Positions 40,330 through 51,800 of a stretch of DNA of 64,000 nt are shown here, in pieces. This stretch comes from Ascidiella aspersa. Its lineage: Eukaryota. Position 1 is the stretch's first letter. Each line of letters opens with the position of its first letter. A model generated the notes under the pieces. That model did not search any database. It saw only the letters and a list, made by a program, of their open reading frames with translations, and was not told the DNA's origin. A program made the position numbers and the translations under genes. The stretch covers positions 33,542,001 to 33,606,000 of the forward strand of contig OZ004608.1 of assembly GCA_963924565.1 (NCBI GenBank). Direction: 5' to 3'.

Positions 40330-43300
40330 CTAGCTTTTTCCCTCGTCCTTCGTTGTCTGCATTGTTTGTAAGGGAATGTCGTTAAGGGAGTGCTTCTTGG
40401 TCAGCACATTCACAGTTCCGCGAATGAGCGCGTAGAACCAGGCGAGATTGATCGCATCTAGAATGGCTCCTGCTATGAGCCATGTTGCTGCTGTGATGAG
40501 GTTTAAACTGCGAATAGTAACAGTTAAAGTAGTCGTTCTTGACCTTTGCCAACCTGACGAACCCAAAAAACTATCTTTAGACCCCAATTATAGCTAAGTC
40601 ACAAAAACCAGAAAATTACAGCGCTTCATTATATAGTTGAGGCAGTTATTCCTAACATTCTCTAACCTGCTGAACCCAAAGTGGTTCTGCGAGCTTTTGT
40701 TGGACCCCAATTATCGCTTATTCCCAAAAACACAAAATATCTCGCTTTATTATCCTGTTGAGGCAGTTGTTTCTAACATTTTCTAACCTGCCAAACCCAA
40801 AAGTTTTTCTGCGTTTTTGTTAAACCCAAGTTTTCGCAGATTCACAAAAACAGCGCATTATTAACCAGTTGGGGCAGTTGTTCCTAACTTTAGCTAACTT
40901 GTTAAAGTTATTCTGTAAGCTTTCGTTGAACCCCAGTTTTTGCTATTGGATAACAAAAACGAAAAATTACAGCCCTTCATTAACCAGGTTAAGTATATAC
41001 AATATATAGTTGTTCCCAACCTTTTCTAACCTGACGAATTTAAAGTTATTCGGCTAGCGTTTCTTGGACCCTAAATTTTTATTAGTTTACGTGTTAGTTA
41101 TTTAGAGAACTTTGGACCAAGCCCATGAAGCAGGGTTTAATTTATCTTGAGTAGGTGATAATTCATTGATTCACACATGGTCATACAATCGGTAGGTAAC
41201 TTTCGGAGATTCAAATAATTCGGTGGACAGCTGAAAGCAAAATTTTTTATGTAAATAAGTCAACAAATCACGATAAACCGCACAACCGAGTACAATGCAT
41301 TGGTTTTTGATTGCGTTATGTTGTCTAGTATCGATAATACCACTTTCAAGACATGAGAAATTAATTTTAAGACATGAGAAATCAATTTTAAGACATGAGA
41401 AACGCAAATATATAAAGGCTAAAACTAGTACCCCAAAGTTTCGCCATTGAATACAACATGTGTTTTACTTATTGAGAAATGTGGTGAAAATACCGTTCTG
41501 AATGTGATCAAAATTACGAATCCAAGCTCAAATTATTATGGTTTGCTTAGCTTAGCACAAACCTTAAAATTCCACGACCAAACTAGGTGACGAGCGATTT
41601 TAGAGCGGTTTTGTGCGCGTGCTTAATTGGCAATCAATAATGTTTACTGTATTATTGTGGTGTTATAAACACAAGACCCGTCGTGATATATTAGATATAA
41701 ATATGCTAAGCGACCCAGAAATGTTGTACGTGATGTCCAAGTTTATCCTAAGTTTTATAAGCAGTGAATTGCGACCCAGTCGGACACTCCTTTGTACAGT
41801 CACTGCCTACAGTTGCTCGTATAAGTTTTGACTGCGTCATATTGCCTAGTATTGAGAATGACTCATTTACCGTTTCGACAAATAACACATAAGAAATTCA
41901 TAATTATGCACATATACAAAGGCTAAAACTATAGTATCCTAAAGTTTCACCATTTGATACGATATGTATATTTTGCTTACAGAGAAATATGGTAAAAAGA
42001 CCGTTCTATGTGTAATTAAAACTTGAAAATCCTGCCTCAAATTATTTTTGCTTAGCTTAGCACAAACCTTGAAATTCCACGACCAAACTAAGCGGCGAGC
42101 GATTCTAGAGCGAGTTTTTGCGCGCGCTTAATTGGCAATCAAAAAACGTGCAACGCCGGTGTTTGGCTTGCTTACAAAACGACGGACTAGATGTGTATCA
42201 AGCGTTGCGAAAGCTATTCTACAAATTAGACAGAAAAGATTGTGTTCCTGGTTAACACGTAAAAACTAATGAAGAAAAGTAAAACAAATAGCGGTTGATA
42301 TTTGTGTAGCAAAAAGCCAATAGTATAGCATTTATTCATACTTTTGTACTTTTGTTTCAACTTTAGGTTGCTACTTCGTAACTGACTAAAAATTACACTA
42401 AGTGGAAAAGACTTCAATGAAGAACCTGTTTAACGCAGTGCTGTGCGAAAAAATGCGCCAAGACAACTTTGGTGGAAAACGACAGACGGTAAGCTTGTTT
42501 AAGTAAAATTTGCTTGGTTTTAACGATTGGCAATTATATTAAGGTGTTAATCGTCACTGTTTGCTATTAGCCAAGCTTCTGGTCACATATACGGTTTTGA
42601 ATGGATATAATTTTCGTTAGGTGCCCTGTCCGGCTATAAATGTGGACTTTAAAGTTTGAAATTGCTTCATTAAACTTATATATTGCATGGACGCAATCAT
42701 TCAGCAATTTTAACTTTCATCTTTAATACATACTGACACAAATTAGCATACACGCAAAAGATACGTTTTATTGCAAAGACTGGTTCCTAAGGCGTCTTAA
42801 AAGTGAAGAATAAGGAGCTGTATTTACATACAATGAATAGTGCACTGAAAGCCATTGCAGATTCACCGAATCTGTCGATTATTGATGCAAGCAACTCGTT
42901 CCCTTCTGAGCCTGCCTAGCTTAGATGGTAGAGCGACGGTCCCAGCTTGACCGGAGGTCGTGAGTTCGAACCTCACTGCAGGCTAGTTGTTTTTCTAGTC
43001 TGCCCTGCTTGCATCAATGATCGGCAGATTCGGTGAAATGGCTTTCAGTGTACTATTGATATGTAAGCCATAATCGTTGGACAAAAAGCAGCTTCAGAAG
43101 GGCTATATCTCAGCTGTTAACACTCATATGCGTGTACATATGTTTCATTGCATACATACAATGAAGGCTTTAATTTAAAATGCCTATAGAAAAGTGATAA
43201 ACCAAAACAACGTACTGCTGTATTTGACCGTTGCTGATTTCTTTGTAGATTTCCGAGTAATAAAAGGGCAAAGGTACAACACGGCACAAAAAGAAGGTTG

Positions 43301-46300
43301 CCACCGCCACTAGTCCGTTAATCGTTCGAACCCTTTCACCACCCAAATCCAGATCCTTGATTAGGGTTCTACAGTAAAATTAAAAAGATAAAACGTTATG
43401 GGTCATAATGGTTGGGGGTCGTATAAGAAGTATAGTACGAATATTCAAGCCCATTTATAAGTGTGTGTCATTTTTAATGTTTCTTTTTATTCGAAACGTT
43501 CAAAATGATAGCGTCATCTGTGGGGCTTTGATATTTTTACTACATAAAACAGTTTACCGCTGAGTTAAAAGTGAGCTAGGTGGTAAATTATGCAAGGATC
43601 TTGTTGAGAGCCTATACTTTTCCGCGTACTTTTATATTTTTAAACACAGAATATAGACAGAACATATAGTTAGTTTTATTAGTATACCTTCTTATTGACC
43701 TGTTAAATCAGATGTTAGCCATAACTTTGGTCTATAGTAAATGTATAAACCATAGTAAAATTAATTTGCGGCCCAGTAGCGCATAAGTGTCAATTTTTGT
43801 TTGTTAATATCATACTCACGTCCATAAACCAACTGAATTCACTACAGTCACTGTAGTTATGGACTTGTTGCCACTATGCCACAATGTAAAAGCTACTTGC
43901 GAAACAGACAATAATTACTCCCAAGGACGAGGCAAAAGTGTCAAAACAAAACGTTGGGTAAGGTGGAAAGATGTGCTATATAGTTTGCTACTAATACTAA
44001 TAGCATTACAATACCATTGGATTGTTTATATCTAGCATGAAGTCAAAGACATGCGCATCACGGTGGCTTTAGCTAGAGATAGACCGATATATCGGTTTAC
44101 CGGTAATATCGGCCAAAATTTGACTTTTACCGATATATGAAATTTTAGTACGAAAATATGATATACTTCTTCCAGTACAACAAACAACTTACCCATTTTT
44201 TTATGAAAAAAATTAAGTTTTAGCATCACGCCAAGTTAATATGCAAAATAATAGCTTGTTAATTAATATAGGTGTATAAACTAAAACGTTAAGTTTTGAA
44301 TATTTCCCAGTTATACCAAAAAAATCGGTATCAGTATCGGGTATCGGTTGACAAATTTGTAAAGAATCGGATATCGGAATCGGTCAAAAAAGTGATATCG
44401 GTCGATCTCTAGTTTTAGCACTGTACTTGGTAGTCCTAATTTTTTTCTCGTTCTTTAGATAAACGTTAGCAACGATTCATTTCTATCAACTGTCACCAGA
44501 AAACGTCGCAATGCAAGTAAAATCAATTTGCTCGCGTCCCATTGAAGTTTCTCTCGCGTCCCCCTGGAGGTATCCCAGTTTAACATCCCCTGCGTTAAAT
44601 AGCCATTTCAAACAAGATATTAAATGAACCCATTGGAGTTTCCCATTTAACTTACTTTACCAAGGACCTACGCTAAACGCTAAACGGCTCTTTAAATGGT
44701 CCATGATGATTGTTAATTGATTGCTATGCAATTTTCTGCAGTTTAGCGGTAAAAACAATATTACAAATAAATTGTCTTGGAATGTTCACCAAAGCAATCA
44801 ATATATAATTAGGTCTCAGTCTATGGATAGAGTTAGTAAAAAAATACTCACAGCAATATGAGAAAAGGTGTCGAAATTTCAGTGAGAATGCGAAAAATTG
44901 CGAAATACCCGCAGACCTCATCTTTCTGCGTGTAAAAAGTGAAAAAAATAATTCCTTTTTTACCCTTATACATACAAAACAAAACCGAATGCAAAATAGA
45001 TTAACACTTATCGCATATAGTATAATATAGCGTTGTTAGTTGGCTTCAAGGGCGCTACTGAGTTTAAAACAAAAAACAAAACTCCGCCAAAATGACTAAC
45101 TCTACAAGTATTTTGTTTCAATTGCTAAAATAGTCTTGAGAAGTAGAGTTACTTACCATTGACACTAACAACAAGGCTATCGACGCCAAGTGATGTAGTT
45201 TCATCATGCTTGTCTTTTTTGCCGTAAATCGAATGCAGTACAAGTCTGTAATAAAACGATTACAGTTATAGAGGCGCATTTGTTTTTTCATTTTTTAAAT
45301 AAAAATAGTTGGACTCAGTTTCATTGTACCATACTTGTTGCCAGACAATTAATAGTGTTTTCTATTTTTACGAAATAATCAAAATTGACTTTTTTGATTG
45401 GTAAATGATAAACCTACAATTTCTTGAAAATTTAGCTTGATAATAAATTGCAAAGCCAAAAAGGTCGAGTAGATCGACATCATCTTGCTTAAGACGTTTC
45501 GATGCTTGTATTATCTTCCGTTAATGTGACTGAGAAGCAATTAAGGCATCACTTATAAGAGACGGGACGCAATTGTTTCTTTGAAAATATTACATAAAAA
45601 AATAGAAAAACTATTTTGGGTGGGCTTGTCTTTTAAAAGTTGGATGTTTTTTCAGTTTTAATCGCCTATTTTCGAGACTGATGGGGTATTTGTACACTGT
45701 CTTAAGTTAAAAGACTCTTAACAACTTGTTACCTGTGGCAGTGTACGCCAGCACGCCGATCATGTTGAGATCCGAGGTCGTAGTATAGCCCCTGGGTATA
45801 TTTTTGCGTTTAAATCAGTAGCTTTATATAGGGACGCGGTGTGGTAAGATTAATGATAAACTTTATTAAAAAAACGTTAATAAAAAACGTTTTTTTCAAG
45901 GATTATAACGCACACTAGGTTGCCGTTACAAGTATTTATATAAGATATTAGTTCAAAAAGCGACTAACCTTAAATCAGAATTAAAGTCATCGGCCCGGCT
46001 TTTAAGGTTAATCTTTACCTGATGTGGTCTTGGTGAATTGCGTTGTCCCATAAGAACGTACATGCAGCGAATATACCGGCATATGTGGCGTAAACTAATG
46101 TGCCAAACCTGTCATACGTTATTAATATGATTGTTACTTGATAAATTTGCCCGTTTTGGGGTTTGCTGTTAATTATGTTCTGTACATAAAACCAAATAAT
46201 TCCGAACAACAAGTAATCTTACCGGCATTTCACAATAAACTGATATTCCTTCGGGTAGGTACGATAACGAGGCGTCAGTTGGTTGCAAATTCTCTCTCCC

Positions 46301-46371
46301 AAATGTACGGTTAACTGAAACCAAACTACAGAAACAGCAACCGTTGCCAGCAGCCTGCCTAAGTCAAACAT
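40330..46371 (-). CDS. TLCD4: TLCD4/TMEM56-like copy F (7 coding exons)
   Basis: Exons 46223-46371, 46019-46108, 45733-45791, 45157-45245, 44852-44925, 43216-43368, 40330-40507. Spliced ORF: MFDLGRLLAT...KLHHLA...FRILTEISTPF...ILDAINLAWFYALIRG...GKS*. Confidence 0.9.
40545..41075. repeat. Degenerate tandem repeat of ~120-bp units, F intron 6
   Basis: Recurring gcagttgttcctaacattttctaacctg..gaacccaaa motif near 40640, 40760, 40870 and 41010. Confidence 0.7.
41413..42142. repeat. Direct duplication of ~230 bp (41413-41640 and 41915-42142)
   Basis: Both blocks run aaaggctaaaact...gcttagcttagcacaaacctt...gcttaattggcaatcaa. Confidence 0.75.
42910..42983 (+). mobile_element. tRNA-derived repeat (SINE-like head) inside a palindromic element (~42840-43160)
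   Basis: A-box tagcttagatggtagagc, B-box gagttcgaacc, cloverleaf-like pairing. Copies at 56618-56691, 56505-56553 (partial) and ~39675-39720 (partial) have different anticodon-loop sequences. Confidence 0.7.
44074..44411. mobile_element. hAT-type MITE (atcgg-rich)
   Basis: TIR tagagatagaccgatat / atatcggtcgatctcta; TSD gctttagc/gttttagc. Confidence 0.8.
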
Positions 46372-46422
46372 CTCCACGTTCTGTTGTTGTTTTTTGGCGA
46401 GACAGTCGTCTGCTGCTATACT

Positions 46423-46545
46423 TCAACTAATTGTGCAAACTTGCTCGCCCAGATGAACGGTTAACTGTAACCAAATTACAGATGCAGAAACCGTTGTTAA
46501 CAGCCTGTCTAGGCAAATAATCTCTACGTTCTGCTTTTTGCGAGA
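46423..46545 (-). pseudogene. Degenerate tandem duplicate of the 5' part of copy F exon 1
   Basis: Reads KQNVEIICLDRLLTTVSASVIWLQLTVHLGEQVCTIS* versus F QQNVEMFDLGRLLATVAVSVVWFQLTVHLGERIC. The ATG is replaced by ATT and the frame ends in a stop. Confidence 0.8.
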
Positions 46546-47549
46546 TGGCTGCGACTGCAGGTAATCTTCAACATATATGTGCCTTGTGTTTATATTTGCG
46601 AACGTCTGTCCCACTGACCTCTCTACTGTATTTGTCTGTTTGTTCAAAGAGCATTCGGGGCGAAAATAAATCAACACATACAACGTTTTCTGTGAGGAAA
46701 TGGCTATTTGACCGGGTCGCTCTTCTATGCTTGCACTATTGCGTAATTATACTGATTTGATTTGGCTTCGGGTAGGGATTAGCGTTCGGGTTTGGTTGAA
46801 GGTAGTATTAGAATTAATTTTCCGAGTTCTGTATAATTATAATGATTTTCGGAAATCGATTTAAATTACTTTGTTAGCCAGGTAAATAGCCTCAAGAAGT
46901 GCCTAAGGTGATTTGCATGGATCGCTCTTTTACGCTTGCACCCGTTAGTGATTATATGTCGATTTAAAGTACTTAGGTGAACGAACTCTTCTCACAGCAC
47001 ACAACTGTTCAAGTTGGGCGCAATCTTGTTATCATTTTTTGCTCTAGTCTAGAAGACTAACAAACTGGTTAGTAATTTGTCAAAATCTCTTAATTTTGGC
47101 TGTTACGTTACCCTTACGGTAGTTTTACCCAAATGTGCGCTACGCAATAACCGCGTGGATTATTTGTGATCATTATGAACTATATATACATGTAAATGAT
47201 GTAATCTACAACTTGTATTGTTTTTTAAAACATCTTGGCACGTGTATTGCACTGTACGTGGATTAGTGTTTCCCGTACATAACTGACATACCAAATCGCA
47301 TATCGTTTAGCCTGAACTTTAAGTCAAAATTTATAATTAACGCCACCAGATAAAATGTTGTTCTCAATCAATTTAGGCAAACATTGCTACCCTATAGTCC
47401 GCTTAAGCGATTGACGCTACCTTTATACTTACCTAAAATTTTAAAATCGTGAAAAATATAACAGTTAATTATATGCAAACTGAATATGTAAAAATGAAGA
47501 TATCTCCTCCCTTTACACAAATTAATGACGACAATGACTTCAAATGGTA

Positions 47550-47654
47550 GCAATATACTTTAGACTTTCTGTCTGAGTCAAAATCAGTCATTTATAAGTT
47601 CAGAACTGATAAATGACTGATTTTGACTCAGACAGAAAGTCTAAAGTACATTGC
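47550..47654. repeat. Near-perfect 105-nt palindrome
   Basis: 52-nt arms with 2 mismatches around a 1-nt centre. Confidence 0.9.
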
Positions 47655-48600
47655 AGTTGACTATACTTGTAAACTTATTTCATTTACCTTTACAAATCAA
47701 TAAGCTGGAAACCAGCTGACACACCGGTTTAAATTAAACTGTTAATTGTATATTGGCAAACACACCATAGGCTTTTTTGTATCAAGCACCTTTCGGTTTA
47801 TTTATGCGAGCGGTTTTACGTATTACGAAATACGAAACAATGACAAAACTGGATATACCGCACTTCATGGAAACGTTTTTTTCTCAGTTTAGTGTACGAG
47901 AAATTCGGATTGGGCCCGATGCAGATGATAAGCGGCCCAGCGTGTATTTCTTTTAAATGTATTTTTTGTAGCAAAAAAAAAATCCAACATATAAAAGTAA
48001 CTAAATATCTTCCTAATCGACGCTAACCTTATACTTATACCTGAAAATTAACTGGACCTAACATTTTCTACAATAAGCAGTTGACTGTACTTAACTTATA
48101 TCATTTACTTGTACAAATAAATAAGCTAGACACCACCTGACACTTTAAGTTAAACTGGTAATTGTACATTGGCAAACACTCCTAAGGCCTCCTTGTATCA
48201 AGCCCCTTTCGGTTTATTTATGCGAGGGGTTTCACGTATTACGAAATACGATACAATGACAAAACTGGATATACCGCACTTAATGGAAACAGTTTTTTCT
48301 CAGCATACAGTGTAAATTTGGCCCGATGTAGATAATAGGCGACCCAACGTATCATTTTTTGAAATGTATTTTTTTGAGAAAAAACAAATTCAACATATAA
48401 AAGTAACTAAGTCTTCCCAACACTTGAGCGGATTTACTCAACAATCAAACCGCGCTGTTTAAGCGATTGACGCTAAACTTAAACTTATACCTCAAAATGA
48501 ATGGACCTAAACTTGTAAAATAAGCAGTTGACTATACTTGAAACCTTATATTATTTACTTGAACAAATCAAAAAGCTGGACACCACCTGACAATATTTTT
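47653..48600. repeat. Tandem duplication of ~430-bp units (about 2.2 copies) between G and F
   Basis: Units start gcagttgact near 47653, 48078 and 48524 and share attggcaaacac...cgtattacgaaatacga...ggatataccgcactt. Confidence 0.75.
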
Positions 48601-48877
48601 AAACCTGACAATTTGTTTAAATCACCCTGACAATTTTTCAAACTGGTAAAAGGTATATCGGCAAACACGCAGGGCGAAAACACCAAATGGAGTTTGTCAA
48701 TAATTTATTGCTAAAAACACAAAATGAAACTTGATGTATTCTTTGGCAGATGACAATTTGATTTAAGACACTGTAATTAGTTATAACAATAGTGTACAAT
48801 CGAGATTTTCCAACAAAACATTTATGTGTAAGTCGACAATGAAACAACTGATTCCATAACAAGTGTAACAAAACATA

Positions 48878-51800
48878 TTATTTTACGTAGCCATGATATT
48901 TCATTTTTTTCAAAAATACGTTGTAAACGGCCTGTATCATTATCGTAAACCAAACGAAGTTAAAGAAGTCCAGTAATCCGCCGGTCACAAGCAACAGAAC
49001 GAGGTCTGTGACGGGTAAGCTGAAAATATACAAAAAAAGCGATTAAAATATTTTCCGCCTCTCTTTTAGCGATACAAAATCAAAACGAGGGGGGGTTGGA
49101 TCTAGTTTTTAGGATACCTGTTATTATTGACACATTTTATTCGTTTGGTTACAGCAGGTTGAAAAAAATTGGGAAAAATACAGGCATAAGTTGTAGATCA
49201 GGGCTGTCCAAACCCAATGTGGGCGAAAACATCGATTTGCTTTTAATAAACTTTGTTCTACACTAACGTCAGAAGAAATGTTCTCAAAAATATACAGAAA
49301 GAGAAAAACGTATTAAAAATAACAAACGATTTTATTAATACAGGTTAAAAAGAATTATTTCAGTACTTATGTCAGTGTTTCTCAACCTTTTGCTCGCGGC
49401 AACTGGAATACTAAGCGAAAAAAAAACAGCGAACTTTGGCGACCCGATTCTATTCACCGAACGCTTTATAAGGGAACAAAACATAAGACAAATAGCATAT
49501 ATAAGTTCGAATTTAATTAATAGAAGTCACGACTTTGTATTTATCCGTCAGTTTTCTTAAAAGTTTAAAAAAATTTCGCTCTGGAACAGGGGCGGGCAAC
49601 TTTTCCAATTGGCGGGCCAGATAAGGGAAAATGAAGTACTTGGCGGGCCGGATTAAGTACTGCCAAATCTTGCATGTTTTGTCGCATAATGGCGGCTAAT
49701 GTTGTACTCTTTACACACGGTCACACTTTCATTGCACATTAAACATACTAATACTTCCCGAAAGAATAAACTAAGTGCAGAACTTAGTAAACCGAAAATC
49801 AGTTTGTTTGGAATTTGATATTATAAGATAACAATATTTCGCTGCTAAAAGCATCATAAGTATAATGATTTTAGTAGCGAAATGTGGCAAAATAAAGCCG
49901 CGGGCCACAATATCAATTAAGGCCGGAAATTGTCTGCGGGCCGCACAAAATCCCGTCGCGGGCCGTATGTTGCCCGCCCCTGCTCTGGACTGATCTCAAT
50001 AAATGCAACTAAGTAAACAACTGCAGTCAGCGGTTCCAACAAACCAAACGGTCACCTAATTTTAGGCCGCGACCCATGAGTTGAGAAGCACGGTGTTATG
50101 CAGTCTACTGTATACTTATCCTGCAATCAAAACGCAAAAAAATACTGTTATTGCTGATCTAGGTAATCCTGTGGTTATTTACTGCGTTCAGCACTATTGT
50201 CTAGTTTCTCATAAACTTTAAAATAAATGTGTGTCCTGTTTGGTGCGTGGGTTTAGATTATTCAACTTTACACATTTGGTTGCAAAAATGTTTTACTCGC
50301 TTTGGTTTAGTAAACCTAACATTGATTAAAAAACTGAAAAGAAATCTAACATTGATTAAAAATTATGGTGTTTTTTTTTGATGACCAAATAATTGCAACA
50401 CGCACATATCATATACCCTACCTGGGCCCGTCTTTTGCGTTGAATAAACTGTACATTTGAATGTAGTAGTAGGGTAACGGCAATATGCGGCAGGCAAAAA
50501 ATACGAGAATGGAAAACGCGCCAATGGTAATGCGAGATGTCTCGCTGCCTACTTCCAAAATATGCAGGAACGTCCTGAAAAGTAGAAATAGGGATAGAGT
50601 AGGAGTTTAGGGGGTTCGAAAATACAATTTAAATGAGATGAAAAAGAAAAACAGATAACTGAATCTTTATTATCCGTGTTTAGTGGCAGTTTGGGGGTTT
50701 CGAAAATACAATTTAAATGACATGAATACGAAAAACAGATAAATAATTCTTTATTATCCGTGTTTAGCGGCAGTTTGGGGGTTTTGAAAATACAATTTAA
50801 ATGACATGAATACAAAAAACAGGTAAATAATTTTTTTTTTATTATACTTGTTTAGTGCAAGGTTTTGAAAGTTTAACTAAACAGCACAAGGTTTTGCAGT
50901 TTTTAACTAAAATTTATAATTATCGTTTTATGGCGATTACAAAAAACGATTTTAGCAAAGTGAGCGTGATAACTTTGGGGAGTATTACAAACCTCTAAAT
51001 TTGGTTTGACTGTTTTTGAAGTTTATGTTTTACTGATTTTTATGTGCCCATAATGTAGTGGTTCCCAACCTGGGGGTCGCGACCCCAAAGGGGGTCTCAA
51101 GGGGTTATCTGGAGGGTCGCCGTGTAATATTTGATAAAGAAAACTTCATAAGAAATAAGCAATATGAACGAAACGTTTAGCAGCATAGAAGGAGCAAAAG
51201 CAACCGCCAGTCTAACATTTGTGTTAATGTGGCTCTTGCTGCAGTAGACAAGTCGTGTTCATGACGTCACGATTACATTTTTCAATTAATGAATCAAGCG
51301 TAGCTTCAATCAAACCATGTATAATAAAAATGAATAGACGCTTAAACCGTAACTTTATAGCTAGTTGTGAATACTTAAATCTGAACATTTTAGCCAACTT
51401 TTGGTACAATCCGTCCTGATTTTTCCCCATGTTAATTTTGCCAATTAAAAAAATGTGTTTTTTATTGACTGTGGTTTACGTATCATACACTATAATTGTA
51501 GGGGTCGCGCAAGTTATCGAAAACTTAAAAGTGGTCGCGAGAAAAAAAGGTTGGGAACCACTGCCATAATGAAACCCAAAATCACCCCAAGAACAACTCT
51601 TTAGCACAGTGGTTCTCAACCGCCGGTCCGCCAAATATATTACAATCTTAAATCTCAACTACAAAATGCAAGATGTTGAAGGTGCTTGTCCATCAGATTT
51701 CGAACTTCGCCAGCTTCGTAATTTGCAACATTGTGACGTAACATAGAGTTAATGGTCTACCTTGGACTTTATCGTACGACACAATGCAGGTGTTGTGCCC

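Noticed and set aside
42910-42983. Functional tRNA-Ala gene (also 56618-56691)
   Set aside because: Extra bases around the anticodon arm, loop sequence differs among copies, one copy has a damaged T-loop, and the full copies sit in a repeat body.
50575-50860. Regularly spaced repeats as a CRISPR array, and ORF 50549-50815
   Set aside because: Whole 84-bp units repeat with no unique spacers; the context is a eukaryotic intron with no cas genes.
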